A DNA stretch of 52,534 bases from a virus (Duplodnaviria > Caudoviricetes). This document shows, piece by piece, positions 43,295 through 52,534 of this stretch (its first letter is position 1; every line of letters begins with the position of its first letter). The stretch spans positions 1-52,534 of the IMG/VR virus record IMGVR_UViG_3300036828_000700; one strand, 5' to 3'. The notes under the pieces are model-generated. The model ran no database searches. It was not told where the DNA came from and saw only the letters and a list, made by a program, of their open reading frames with translations. The translations under genes and the position numbers were made by a program.

Positions 43295-46225
43295 CTAGTT
43301 GGTGAGATAAGTAACGTTACCTATCAGGTAACTGGTATTTGTGAAGTTGGTATCGAAGGCTTGGGAGCCCAATGCCGCACCGGTACTAGCCTGTTGGTAG
43401 ATGTATAGACACGTCGTATTTCCTGTAATGAGGGTAACAAGTATGCCCGTAAGACCTGTCATCCCAAATTGGTTATTGACCAACCACGGACCTTGGTTTC
43501 CAGCACTGGTGTAGGTGGCAACCGGCAACCCACATATCTGTGCGCTGCCAGTTGAGGTTCCTTTGGCAGAGAGTGAAATATCAAAGTAGGCCGTAATCTG
43601 TTTGCCATTCTGGGTGTAGTAACCAGTTTGATGCGAGTAGGTCATTCCTACACTACCGCCGCCCAACTGCAATGCGGGGGTCCATGGCGTAACCGACGCC
43701 GCACCACCGGGCGTACTCCACGCAAATGCGCTCCCGGTATATTGCAGATAACCTGCCGCCAGAGTCGGAACCGCGACCCCCTTGAGGCCTGCCACCGTCA
43801 GAGCGCCCGCACTAGTAATCGTGGCGTCTCCCGACAAGCTTACCGGCGGGAACGAGGTGGCTGAAGCCGCCACCCTGATCTGCCCAGCCGAGGGAGCCGT
43901 AGCACTCCCTTCGCCACCGTTGGCGATGCTCAGAGGCGTGGTTGCAGTCGCCAGCGCGCCGAACGAGGTGCCCGAGGTCTTGGTCACCGTCAATGCACCA
44001 GTCGATGCCAAGGTCGCATCACCAGACACAGTCTCTGGAAGATATTGGGTGGCCGACTGGGCGATCAACATCTTTCCCGATGTCGGTGCAGTGTTAGTCC
44101 CAGTCCCCCCATTGGCGACCGGAGCGATATTCGTCGTGGCGAGCGGGCTGAAGGAAGCACCATTGGTAGCGGTTACCGTAATACCCCATGTACCCGCCGA
44201 TACCCGTGTGAGAGTAGCGTCCCCGCTTATGGTCGCGGCTTCACCCACTCCGCTCGTTGTCGTATAACCCACTATCTGTGGGGCGGTTCCTCCTGCGGGA
44301 AGTCCACCGCCACCAATAGCAACGCCGTTGACTTTATAGATACTGCCCGTAGGGATGTTTATCCCGGTTGCATCAATTGTTGCGATTGTGGTCTGCGTAA
44401 AGGAATTACCTACTGTTAACCCCGCATTTTGGGAAAAATAGAAGCCGGTCCCATACATACCAACGTCTTGTGAGGTAGTAGCGGCGGCAATAAAGTTGGT
44501 TCCGTTGTAATAAGCACCAGCGGTAAAGTGGAAACTGTCTACCCCCGTGCTCAGCAGTGACGCGCCAGGGGTAGTCGTATTGCCAAAAAAGATCGAGGTC
44601 GAGCCAGTGTTGGATACCACCAGAGTCGGTGTGGTTGCTATGCCGGTCAGAGTTGGCGAGGCGATTGGCGCGTAATTAAGCTGACCACCAGCAGGGTTAG
44701 CCCCTAATGCAATCGTTCCAGTTGTAGTAATCGCTCCGCCAGTTAGACCCGTACCCGCAGTGATGCTGGTGACGGTTCCGCCGCCACCACCCAGAGCAAC
44801 ACCGTTGATTTTATAAGTGCTGCCCGTAGGTAAATTGATTCCAGTGCTATCAATCGTGGCGATCACGGTGGGAGTGAACACCGTGGCGAAAGCTGCTGCG
44901 GGGCCAGTGCCGAAGGTATAAACCCCGTGCAACATTGTGAGAACGGTAGGCACAGCGCTTGTAGTTGAGACGTCGATGTACCGCCCCATGTTATCGACGA
45001 CGGCTCCCTGCGCCTCAACGAGAAGATTGGTCATTTGACCATTGACGGTCGGGCCGATGAATATATGCCCTCCGATCAAGCCGGTGTAAGTTCCCGCACC
45101 TTGGCCGACTCCTGCCTGTCCGAACACTATGGAATTTTTCGCTACCGGATTCGCTCCGGCTATAGGGGTATACCCAGTGCCCATGTTGAGGCCGAGAATC
45201 TGGATATTGCCAAGGCCGGTGTAATCCCAAAATTGATTCGGTTGAGTGCCGGATACCTCCACCTGAATCGACGGGCCATTTGCTGGGATATCGATCGTCC
45301 CTGTGGACGGTGCCATGTCGAGTACCGTGAGGTTGCTAATACCGTAATTTCCCCACGTCGCACCGTCATGGAAAGTGTAGTCCTTGCCGTTGATAGTCGG
45401 CGCATGGAGGCCAGTGGTATCCCACGTCGTACCGTCGGGGAAGGTAAGAGTGCCAGTGATAGAGACGGTGGTGCCGCTGATCGAATGGACCGTGGTCGCG
45501 CCGCTAGGAAGTATCGACACGTCGCCCGTCATGGTGACGGGGTTGTACGCGGTCGCGCTTGAAGCGACCAGAATTTGACCTACAGCGGGTGCAGCCCCTT
45601 GGCCCAATCCGCCGTTCGCGACACTGAGTGGCAGTGGCGGTCCACCACCAGCACCGGCAGGGGTCGCACATGACGGGACACCAGTCGCGCTGATTGCATT
45701 CACGAAATCACTGCCAGCACAGGTACCTCCCATCGGTACGCCATTGAAGGTCAGGGAGGGAGCAGTGCCCGTGATGTTTATGCTGCCGATGGTAACCGAA
45801 CCGGGAATGCTGGTGATCGCCGCGCAAGACGGCACCACCGTGGAACTCAGCGCGATCATGAATTGATTGGCAGCGCACGTCCCGCCTAGCGGCACTCCGT
45901 TGAAGGTGATCGCCCCGCCCGCAGCTATATTCAGAGACTTGAGATTATCGATCCCGCTGCTGGTCCAGACGCTTCCATTGGGACCGTTGATGATCGTGCT
46001 GGGGTCGTAGTTGATGACGGTGCCCGGATTGTAGGTGCTCGTCCCGTTGAACGTCGGGTTGTTGATCAGCGGATTGTTCAGAGTCGAATCGTTGATGGTC
46101 GAATCGTCAATGATGACATCCAGCAGCACCGTGCCGGGGCCAACGCCGGGGAAATTCGACCGGAAGCCCGCGAAGCTAGGAGTCGCGCATACCAGGAAGA
46201 TGAGGAGCGGCGCCCACCATTTCAT
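43295..46225 (-). CDS. tail fibre-like protein with an N-terminal signal-peptide-like sequence
   Basis: P.ANGG.G and SGDAT repeats; C-terminal TPWTP.L...GYYTQNG.....F.I domain. The ATG at 46225 overlaps the upstream stop; the track ORF starts at 46252. Confidence 0.8.
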   Translation of the reverse strand: MKWWAPLLIFLVCATPSFAGFRSNFPGVGPGTVLLDVIIDDSTINDSTLNNPLINNPTFNGTSTYNPGTVINYDPSTIINGPNGSVWTSSGIDNLKSLNIAAGGAITFNGVPLGGTCAANQFMIALSSTVVPSCAAITSIPGSVTIGSINITGTAPSLTFNGVPMGGTCAGSDFVNAISATGVPSCATPAGAGGGPPLPLSVANGGLGQGAAPAVGQILVASSATAYNPVTMTGDVSILPSGATTVHSISGTTVSITGTLTFPDGTTWDTTGLHAPTINGKDYTFHDGATWGNYGISNLTVLDMAPSTGTIDIPANGPSIQVEVSGTQPNQFWDYTGLGNIQILGLNMGTGYTPIAGANPVAKNSIVFGQAGVGQGAGTYTGLIGGHIFIGPTVNGQMTNLLVEAQGAVVDNMGRYIDVSTTSAVPTVLTMLHGVYTFGTGPAAAFATVFTPTVIATIDSTGINLPTGSTYKINGVALGGGGGTVTSITAGTGLTGGAITTTGTIALGANPAGGQLNYAPIASPTLTGIATTPTLVVSNTGSTSIFFGNTTTPGASLLSTGVDSFHFTAGAYYNGTNFIAAATTSQDVGMYGTGFYFSQNAGLTVGNSFTQTTIATIDATGINIPTGSIYKVNGVAIGGGGLPAGGTAPQIVGYTTTSGVGEAATISGDATLTRVSAGTWGITVTATNGASFSPLATTNIAPVANGGTGTNTAPTSGKMLIAQSATQYLPETVSGDATLASTGALTVTKTSGTSFGALATATTPLSIANGGEGSATAPSAGQIRVAASATSFPPVSLSGDATITSAGALTVAGLKGVAVPTLAAGYLQYTGSAFAWSTPGGAASVTPWTPALQLGGGSVGMTYSHQTGYYTQNGKQITAYFDISLSAKGTSTGSAQICGLPVATYTSAGNQGPWLVNNQFGMTGLTGILVTLITGNTTCLYIYQQASTGAALGSQAFDTNFTNTSYLIGNVTYLTN

Positions 46226-48357
46226 CGGTAATATTGCAGCAAGAAGCCGCACTCATCAGATGGCGTGAAGGTCGATTGTGTGATCGAACAGCACGCCATG
46301 ATCCCATGGTTGAACGCCCAGCCGCGTACATCGCCCACAGACAGATCGCGATCTGACTGCGCCATGATTTGCCAGCTTGACGATCCGATCGGGGTTGCTC
46401 CCGCTGCTGGCATCCATGTTGTGTCGAAGAATTGCAGGTAACGCTGCCCCGTCCATCCGGCGACCGTGGGCATCGGGGTCGGCTGCGCCGTCCGTGTCCC
46501 GGTCGCTGTCGCAGTACGAGTCGGGGTCAATGTCGGAGTAGGCGTGGCCGTTGGAGCCATCGTGGGAGTAGGCGTCGGCGACATCGAGGGCACCCCGCTC
46601 ATAGTAGGCGTGGGAGTAGGTGTGAACGTGGGAGTAGGTGTGGGCGTCCCAGCCATCGTGGGTGTGGACGTGGGTGTGGGCGTGGGCGTCGGAGCCGCCA
46701 TGTTCCAGAGCACGATTACCGGATGATCGTCCACGGTGATGACGGGGCCGCTTCCAATCGGGCTGGTGCCAGACAATACGTCGTAGATCTGCGCGTTGGC
46801 CGGAACACCGCTCAACATCCAACTTTCGACGTGCTCGCCTTGTGGACGGTCGCCGGTCGCAATCAACCAGTTAGTCCCGTTGTACTTCTGGCCGCACACC
46901 ATATAGTCGGTCGTCGCCATTGGCCCGCTGATCGAAGGACAGTGGGTATTCGGCGTAAATGTCGCGCCGACAGGATCGTGCATAATCGTGGTGAAGTTAT
47001 GGATCGCCGTGGCAGCTTGGTACGGGGTTCCCGGCGTGCCGTTGTTCTCGTTCTGAAACAATCCGAAATTGGTGGTGTCGTCCGCTACTGCGTAGATCGA
47101 CACCAAGCTCCAGCCACGGATGTACCCGATGATATAGCCGTTGACGATCATCGCTGCGCGGGCTTCTTCGGTAGTGTTGGGAGCGCCGAATTGCACGCCC
47201 GTTTCGCTGGTCACACGGGGCACTTGGGGGCATTGCGCGATAGGAACCGCAGGGAAGTTGCCTTGCACAGTATTGCCGCAGAAGTTGCCGGTCATCCCGT
47301 CGTCGGAGCCGCCAGTGCCGGTTTCAAAGGCTTGGGTTACGATGAAATCGGCCGGGCCGCTGTAGCCGTTGCCTTCGATGTAATTATGAACGTCGGCGTA
47401 GTCGCCCAGCGTGGGATGACTCGCGGGTGTGAAGGAACCAGTAAACTGGAGCAGCACGTTGTCGGGTTCCGCGAATGGGTTCTTCCACGAAAAGATCGGC
47501 ACGCTGGGGAAGTTGGATTTCGCGTTGGTGTAATAATCAGCCGCGAACGAAGCACATCCTGCCCAAGTAGAGCCGCCGCCGCCGCAATTGACGCCGTTGT
47601 AGGTGAACGTAAGGTTGTTGGCCTCGTTGCCCACCTCAAGCGCGTGGATCGTGTTCCCGAAGAATGTGAGATTCGGCATTTCAAAGCCGGTTATGGTGCT
47701 GGTCGTTACGCTACCAGCCGTGTAGGGCATCACGTCCCAGTAGTCGGTCGGAAAGGTATTGAAAAAGGTGGTGATAAGGTTGCGTACATCGCACCCGCCA
47801 CCCCAGATCGCGAAGTCGCAAGTGAAGTCCGTGCGAGCGTGCGCCACCCCCAAGTAGTTCAGTTCGTTCCTAGCGATGGTCAGGTTGTTGCCGTAGGCGG
47901 CAGGGTCAGTGACCACGCGGAGATCCGCACTGGTCGAATACAGCAAGGCCGCAGCGGTGCCGAAAATGGGCGTCGAGACGGCGAGCGGTGCGACTTGTTT
48001 CGGTGCGGACGTGCGCTGCATCACTGTCCCAATAGGAATGTGCGTGGCGAGCCACGGGACTGGAGTCCCACGCGCCAGCGCCAGCGTGGTCGGAGTGCTC
48101 GTAGGCGACGGAGTAGCGATCACCGAGTTCTCGTTGGAAACGTGAGCACCGTAGAGAACAACTGCGGACTCTACGACCATAGTCGGTGTCCCACCGGGAA
48201 CCGGCTGGGTCATCAGCGGCGCCGGAACCACGCAACAAACCGCTGGTGCCGGACAGAGCGAGTAATGGTAAGGCGCGTTCTCCTGGCCGAAGGCTCGCGC
48301 GAAGCCGAGCGCCATAACGACCAACACAAGAATCGCGAGGATTAGTTTATTAACCAC
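46222..48357 (-). CDS. exported protein with a clan GH-A-like glycoside hydrolase domain and Pro-Thr linkers
   Basis: Signal peptide ending AFG; [13 protein letters not shown] and VTSETG motifs; long (PT)n tract. Confidence 0.72.
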   Translation of the reverse strand: MVNKLILAILVLVVMALGFARAFGQENAPYHYSLCPAPAVCCVVPAPLMTQPVPGGTPTMVVESAVVLYGAHVSNENSVIATPSPTSTPTTLALARGTPVPWLATHIPIGTVMQRTSAPKQVAPLAVSTPIFGTAAALLYSTSADLRVVTDPAAYGNNLTIARNELNYLGVAHARTDFTCDFAIWGGGCDVRNLITTFFNTFPTDYWDVMPYTAGSVTTSTITGFEMPNLTFFGNTIHALEVGNEANNLTFTYNGVNCGGGGSTWAGCASFAADYYTNAKSNFPSVPIFSWKNPFAEPDNVLLQFTGSFTPASHPTLGDYADVHNYIEGNGYSGPADFIVTQAFETGTGGSDDGMTGNFCGNTVQGNFPAVPIAQCPQVPRVTSETGVQFGAPNTTEEARAAMIVNGYIIGYIRGWSLVSIYAVADDTTNFGLFQNENNGTPGTPYQAATAIHNFTTIMHDPVGATFTPNTHCPSISGPMATTDYMVCGQKYNGTNWLIATGDRPQGEHVESWMLSGVPANAQIYDVLSGTSPIGSGPVITVDDHPVIVLWNMAAPTPTPTPTSTPTMAGTPTPTPTFTPTPTPTMSGVPSMSPTPTPTMAPTATPTPTLTPTRTATATGTRTAQPTPMPTVAGWTGQRYLQFFDTTWMPAAGATPIGSSSWQIMAQSDRDLSVGDVRGWAFNHGIMACCSITQSTFTPSDECGFLLQYYR

Positions 48358-49646
48358 CCGAATCCAATCCCATTGACGTTGCGCGCGTCCGAAGTGTTCT
48401 GGCCCCAGACGGGTATCTGGCGCGGTTTTAACCGGCCCAGCCGACTCTGTTTCGCGATCTTGTCCGCCTGCGATTGGAAATCACTTAGCAGCTTTTCAGC
48501 ACCCGCCTCGTCCTGCTCCATCGAGCGGACTTGCGAGAGCATATGGAGCACCACGGGTGTCTCCCAAGCTGGTGGGACCATGATGGTCTGGTTGGAGTCG
48601 CCCACGTCGTATGTCTCTGCGAGCCGATAGCCGCTAAGGCGGATATTGAGTTCCGTGACTGGAGCATTGGCCGAATGTACGACGGCATCAGTTCCGCCCA
48701 AGCCTCTGGTCACCCCGTTGAACTGCCAGATGTTGTTGAATGGCGGCTGCTGGGCGTTGTCGATGATGTGGTTAACGGAGGAAAAGGCCACGATCTCGCT
48801 GTCGATCTGCGCGAGGCCGATGGAGAGAAATCCGGCACCGTTGAACATCTGAAAGAAGTTCGTGTCGGCAAGGATGTTGCCCGCCAACTGGTTGCTTCCA
48901 CCCGTCCGGTTGCTCTGCGGCCAGACTTGAATGACCGACTGCGGGCCATCCTGCTCGTAGCTCAAGATGCCCGAGAAACCCGCCGCTGAGTTACGCAGGT
49001 ACATGAAACTGCGTGGCACCACATCCATCGGATAGCCGTCGTACCAGGCATTCGTGAATTGGTAGAACGGCGAGGCCAGCCGGTACATGGACTGGTTGAT
49101 CTGAGACTGCACCCCGGTGATGTCCACGATCCCGCCGCCGATCTTGACCATTTCCTGAAGCGCACGGTTGAGCAGCCGGAAAGCTGTGTACGCTCCGATG
49201 AAGTTGCCATCGGTATCGGGCAGAAAAGCGGTCGAGCGCGTCGGCAGCGCGGTGTGAACCAATGGAGTCCCGACACCCACGTCGTAGTTCCCAATGCCGG
49301 ACGCTTGCTGCGCAGGGAAGCTCCACATATCTGCCGTGGAGGTCAGCGGGGTTCCCTGTCCAGCTTGGTAGATATTGATGGTCTGGATCTGAATGCCAGA
49401 CATCTGGACTTGTGCGACTATCGCGTTTTGGCTTCCGGTGAGCGTAATTGATTGTTGGTTTGACGGTGCGGTCTCGCCCCAGTTGGTGACGCCGGTCGCG
49501 GCGAGGGTGTTCGTGGTTCCCGGCTGGAACTGGCCCCCTGTCAGATTGGTGCCTGTCAGGGAAACGAGGATGGGCGGATTGTGAACTGCGGGTGCGTCGG
49601 GGATCCGCGCCCGAAGGTCCATTATAATGTCGCCGACTAAACTCAT
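48342..49646 (-). CDS. head-tail adaptor/tubular protein A-like, with inserted domains
   Basis: [17 protein letters not shown] and VPPAWE.PVV patterns; follows the capsid genes. Confidence 0.65.
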   Translation of the reverse strand: MSLVGDIIMDLRARIPDAPAVHNPPILVSLTGTNLTGGQFQPGTTNTLAATGVTNWGETAPSNQQSITLTGSQNAIVAQVQMSGIQIQTINIYQAGQGTPLTSTADMWSFPAQQASGIGNYDVGVGTPLVHTALPTRSTAFLPDTDGNFIGAYTAFRLLNRALQEMVKIGGGIVDITGVQSQINQSMYRLASPFYQFTNAWYDGYPMDVVPRSFMYLRNSAAGFSGILSYEQDGPQSVIQVWPQSNRTGGSNQLAGNILADTNFFQMFNGAGFLSIGLAQIDSEIVAFSSVNHIIDNAQQPPFNNIWQFNGVTRGLGGTDAVVHSANAPVTELNIRLSGYRLAETYDVGDSNQTIMVPPAWETPVVLHMLSQVRSMEQDEAGAEKLLSDFQSQADKIAKQSRLGRLKPRQIPVWGQNTSDARNVNGIGFGWLIN

Positions 49647-49656
49647 TAACTTCCCT

Positions 49657-49696
49657 ATAAAAACAAATGGCGGTCACCCGCGAGGCGTGCCGCCAT
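49657..49696 (-). terminator. intrinsic terminator after the capsid/decoration genes
   Basis: Minus strand ATGGCGG-CAC...GTG-a-CCGCCAT followed by TTGTTTTT. Confidence 0.7.
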
Positions 49697-49734
49697 CGTT
49701 GTTCGCGAGTCTCCGCGACTGCGTTCCGCTTCGC

Positions 49735-50139
49735 CTACATCAGCGCGCCCCAGACCTCCGCATCACATACCGGCGTGCCTCCGGTGCCAGCCGCCGTCAT
49801 CACGAGAGTCGCGACTATCGAGGTGAGGGCCACGTCGGTGATGAACTCAATCGGGACGCTGACGAAGTCGCCCGCCGCCCCTGCCGCTGACGGTGCCATG
49901 TAACCGATGTCCCAGAAGTTGGTTCCGTCGTTGCCGCGCAATGAGAGCGAGACGAATCCGCCACCCGTGGTGAAACCCTTGGCCTGCACTCGAACGATTC
50001 CAGTGTTGACTGGCTGAGGGAGAGTCAGCGTAAGGGTATTGCTCGTACCGACTGAGGCTTGGGTTGCTTTCGCACTCCGAGCAGTAAGTCCGGTCCCCAT
50101 CCCCTCAAGAATTCCTGCGACTGACTTGAGAATTGCCAT
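49735..50139 (-). CDS. capsid decoration-like protein
   Basis: 134-aa beta-rich ORF directly after the major capsid gene. Confidence 0.6.
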   Translation of the reverse strand: MAILKSVAGILEGMGTGLTARSAKATQASVGTSNTLTLTLPQPVNTGIVRVQAKGFTTGGGFVSLSLRGNDGTNFWDIGYMAPSAAGAAGDFVSVPIEFITDVALTSIVATLVMTAAGTGGTPVCDAEVWGALM

Positions 50140-50148
50140 GGTCGTCTC

Positions 50149-51153
50149 CTATTGCCCGAAGTCGAGCGCGCCGTTCATGCGCGGGCTAACGACCGACAAC
50201 TGCCAAGTCAGCGTGACTTGCGCCACGAGAACCTTTTGGTTGCTGGGTCTGATGAAGGGGTCAACGTCAAAATAGTTGGCCGGATGGAACACTGGGAACA
50301 GATACTTCGTGTTCAGCATCAGCGAGGCTGCGTGTCCGTTCGCGAGTGGTGCCTGCGCCAGGAAACGATCCTGGAAGACGACCATATTGTTGTACTTGAG
50401 GTGATATCTGAACCCGAACTGGACGGCTTGCTCGTCCTGGTCGGGTTGGTTGTAACGGATCTGGCCGTAGTACGACTTGCGGAAACTCCGGTACATCTGT
50501 GGAGTCATCAGGAACAAGTCTGGCTCGTCCCAACCATAGGTTACTTGCTGGTAGAGGTTCTCGACGTCGTCTGCCAGCACGGTTCCAGCAGTAGTGACCG
50601 CGACATTCGCGTTGGGTTGCCAGAACGCATTGATGGTCTGCGAGCGATCGATCCCCGCGATGATGTTGTTGGTCACCGCAACCCAAGACATCAGGTCGTC
50701 TATATCGATCGTGGTATTCTGCGGTGCCGTGTGAAACAGCGCTCGCGAGAGCTTCATCAGAAGCGAAGCGATACCGACCTGCCACTTCGCTTTCGCCAGT
50801 TTCACGATTCCAGTGGGACCAGCATTGATGACGAGGTCGGTGAACGGGATCGCCACCGACTGATAGTAAAACCGCCACAACTGGTTGGCCGGCTGGATCG
50901 AATCAATGATCTGGGTTTGCAGGATCTGGTCACCGTAGTACGCGCCGCCCGTGGTTTCTTCTTGGGTGACGAGCGGGTACACGAGTTCGCCGCCAACGAA
51001 CCGGCGACCGTTTCTTGTCATCCACTGAAGCGCTGGGCTTGGAGTGAATGCGTTGTCGGCGAGCTCGGGGTGAACGTATTTCTGGGTGATTGAGTTGAGC
51101 GTGTTCACCAGTAAGGCTGGTGGCGCATTAATCCCAGTTCCTACGACGGCCAT
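50149..51153 (-). CDS. major capsid protein
   Basis: 334 aa; ADNAFTPSP, GGELVYPL, IAGIDRS..FWQ, EPDLFLM and LNTKYL patterns; follows the scaffold gene. Confidence 0.85.
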   Translation of the reverse strand: MAVVGTGINAPPALLVNTLNSITQKYVHPELADNAFTPSPALQWMTRNGRRFVGGELVYPLVTQEETTGGAYYGDQILQTQIIDSIQPANQLWRFYYQSVAIPFTDLVINAGPTGIVKLAKAKWQVGIASLLMKLSRALFHTAPQNTTIDIDDLMSWVAVTNNIIAGIDRSQTINAFWQPNANVAVTTAGTVLADDVENLYQQVTYGWDEPDLFLMTPQMYRSFRKSYYGQIRYNQPDQDEQAVQFGFRYHLKYNNMVVFQDRFLAQAPLANGHAASLMLNTKYLFPVFHPANYFDVDPFIRPSNQKVLVAQVTLTWQLSVVSPRMNGALDFGQ

Positions 51154-51166
51154 GGGTTACTCCTCG

Positions 51167-51997
51167 CTACTGCGGTATCTGATTCCAGACGTCGGGATCG
51201 TTGAGAATTGCATCGTCGGGAATCTTATCGACCCCGCCGAATTTGGACTTGAGCTGGAGCGAACCACCACCGCCGAAGCCGGGACTCGGAACGTAGCTTC
51301 CGTGCTCAGTAAGCTCCTTGCGCGCCTGGGTGTAGCCTTCCTCCCGCGCCTGCTTGACGATTTCGTCGCGCTCAGTGGCGGCGTTGATCGGAGCCATGAC
51401 TGACTCATGGATGCGGTCAAAGTCCGGATAGCGGCTACCAGGCTCAACGAGTTGCCGTTCGTTGGCGAACTCAAGAACTTTATTGAAGGTCCAGTCCTTC
51501 GGCCACTGGAAGCTGCGATAATCGCGCTTCATGTCTTTGTTCACTTGAAAGCCGAAGGCGCTGACGAGTTCTTTGCGGAGGTCTTCCTTGAACTTGTTCT
51601 GGTTGGACTCGATCTCGTCGAGCTTCTTGAGCCGCTCGATTACAGGAGCGAAGAACTCTCCCGGCTTGTCCATGACCGTCGGGTTGCGCTCGCCTTGGAG
51701 GCGTGCGACGAGCTGATCCAGAAGGTCAGGTTGCCCGTTCGGGTTGGGGTTCTGCTGGACAGTCTGAAGCTGCTGCGCGACCTGATCGTAGAGCGCGCGT
51801 AGCTCGTTGTATTGATTGGCGAGCTTGCCGTACTCGCCCTCGAGCTGGCCCGTGCGCTTGGTGAATCGGTCGAGGCTGCCGCGCTGTTCGATGTCGTAGG
51901 CACGCAGATCGCCCAGCTTCACCTTCATGTCTCCGATAGTGAGTTCGAGGTCGTCCGCGAACTTTTCTTTGTCATCGAGAAACTTGCGGTCAATCAT
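51167..51997 (-). CDS. capsid scaffolding protein
   Basis: Acidic coiled-coil protein immediately upstream of the capsid gene. Confidence 0.72.
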   Translation of the reverse strand: MIDRKFLDDKEKFADDLELTIGDMKVKLGDLRAYDIEQRGSLDRFTKRTGQLEGEYGKLANQYNELRALYDQVAQQLQTVQQNPNPNGQPDLLDQLVARLQGERNPTVMDKPGEFFAPVIERLKKLDEIESNQNKFKEDLRKELVSAFGFQVNKDMKRDYRSFQWPKDWTFNKVLEFANERQLVEPGSRYPDFDRIHESVMAPINAATERDEIVKQAREEGYTQARKELTEHGSYVPSPGFGGGGSLQLKSKFGGVDKIPDDAILNDPDVWNQIPQ

Positions 51998-52191
51998 CGT
52001 CGTTTGCTCGTGGTTCGGCGTGCCTGACGCGTCGAGCGGAAGCGCGCACGTTGAGTTTTGCGTTTGACCTTGCGATTGGAGCTGTCATCGTCGTCGGACT
52101 CAGGAGGCGCACCTGGTTCGGTATACATGCCACCGCCTTCGTCGGTGCCGCTCCCAATGACGGAGCTACTGGGATCATCATCGCCGTTCAC
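51994..52191 (-). CDS. micro-protein with acidic N-terminus and Arg-rich C-terminus
   Basis: Ends SDDDDSSNRKVKRKTQRARFRSTRQARRTTSKRR*. Confidence 0.6.
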   Translation of the reverse strand: MNGDDDPSSSVIGSGTDEGGGMYTEPGAPPESDDDDSSNRKVKRKTQRARFRSTRQARRTTSKRR

Positions 52192-52372
52192 TGCGTCGTC
52201 TCCGTTCGTGTTCCCGTCGGCGGTGCTTCCGGCGCCTGCGCCGGTACGGTTCCTCTAGGATGATGGGGCCACCACCAACGACTTCCTCGCGTTCCCCTCC
52301 CTCGCGTCCACCTCTAGCGCCGCCTCCCCTAGCGCCGCCTCGAAACCCGCCGCCGAATCCGCCTCGTGCCAT
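52178..52372 (-). CDS. RGG-repeat, poly-Arg micro-protein
   Basis: MARGGFGGGFRGGARGGGARGG...YRRRRRKHRRREHERRRRSERR*. Confidence 0.62.
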   Translation of the reverse strand: MARGGFGGGFRGGARGGGARGGREGGEREEVVGGGPIILEEPYRRRRRKHRRREHERRRRSERR

Positions 52373-52478
52373 GGTGTTTCTGCCTCACTGGGGTTCGATC
52401 GATGGGTGCTGTTTCAACGTCCTCGTCGATCCGGCCTTTGCCCCTGCCGTGATGCGGTCCTAGCTTCGGCCTCTTCAT
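52329..52478 (-). CDS. 49-aa Arg-tailed micro-protein spanning the assembly junction
   Basis: ATGA overlap with the stop of 68-541; MKRPKLGPHHGRGKGRIDEDVETAPIDRTPVRQKHHGTRRIRRRVSRRR*. Confidence 0.55.
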   Translation of the reverse strand: MKRPKLGPHHGRGKGRIDEDVETAPIDRTPVRQKHHGTRRIRRRVSRRR

Positions 52479-52534
52479 GACGGCACACCCATGCCGCCTC
52501 CACCATTGCCCATCTGCGGATTCGCCTGTGACGG
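52408..52534. repeat. 127-bp terminal direct repeat (copy of 1-127)
   Basis: Exact duplicate of the window start. Confidence 0.95.

Noticed and set aside
46432-48345. Long + strand ORF (637 aa) and other antisense ORFs such as 50152-51093, 36708-37625 and 20499-21356
   Set aside because: These are shadow frames opposite well-supported genes in GC-rich DNA and contain no recognisable motifs.
52408-52534. Biological terminal repeat
   Set aside because: The 127-bp length matches a common assembler k-mer and the junction falls inside genes.

Overview
The window is an apparently complete, circularly assembled temperate phage genome of about 52.4 kb; bases 1-127 are repeated at 52408-52534, which is typical of an assembler overlap. 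Its layout is podovirus-like. A long minus-strand unit runs from 13473 down through a terminase split into two genes, the portal and small head genes, then wraps to scaffold, capsid, adaptor, fibre, nozzle and ejection proteins, ending near 34.1 kb. There is a plus-strand early region (14.1-20.7 kb), a minus-strand block of HTH/Xis, integrase, attP, primase-helicase and methyltransferases (27.5-20.6 kb), and a plus-strand recombination block (27.8-34.1 kb). The most striking feature is at 11858-13473: a 283-aa protein resembling the IS110 C-terminal/Nop domain, with no nuclease domain, followed directly by a 21-unit array of about 36-nt period that alternates two repeats and two short variable spacers. 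This is the architecture of a TIGR-Tas RNA-guided system (TasA-like). Other notable items are a complete type I hammerhead ribozyme (16401-16460), a repeated structured RNA element, a TGATAA(G/T)CA operator network linked to an RHH gene, a dense ACAGG cluster, nine small Arg-tailed proteins, an attP that would separate the replication gene from its upstream operon, and an overprinted ORF in the C5 methyltransferase. All family calls come from reading motifs by eye; no database search was run.
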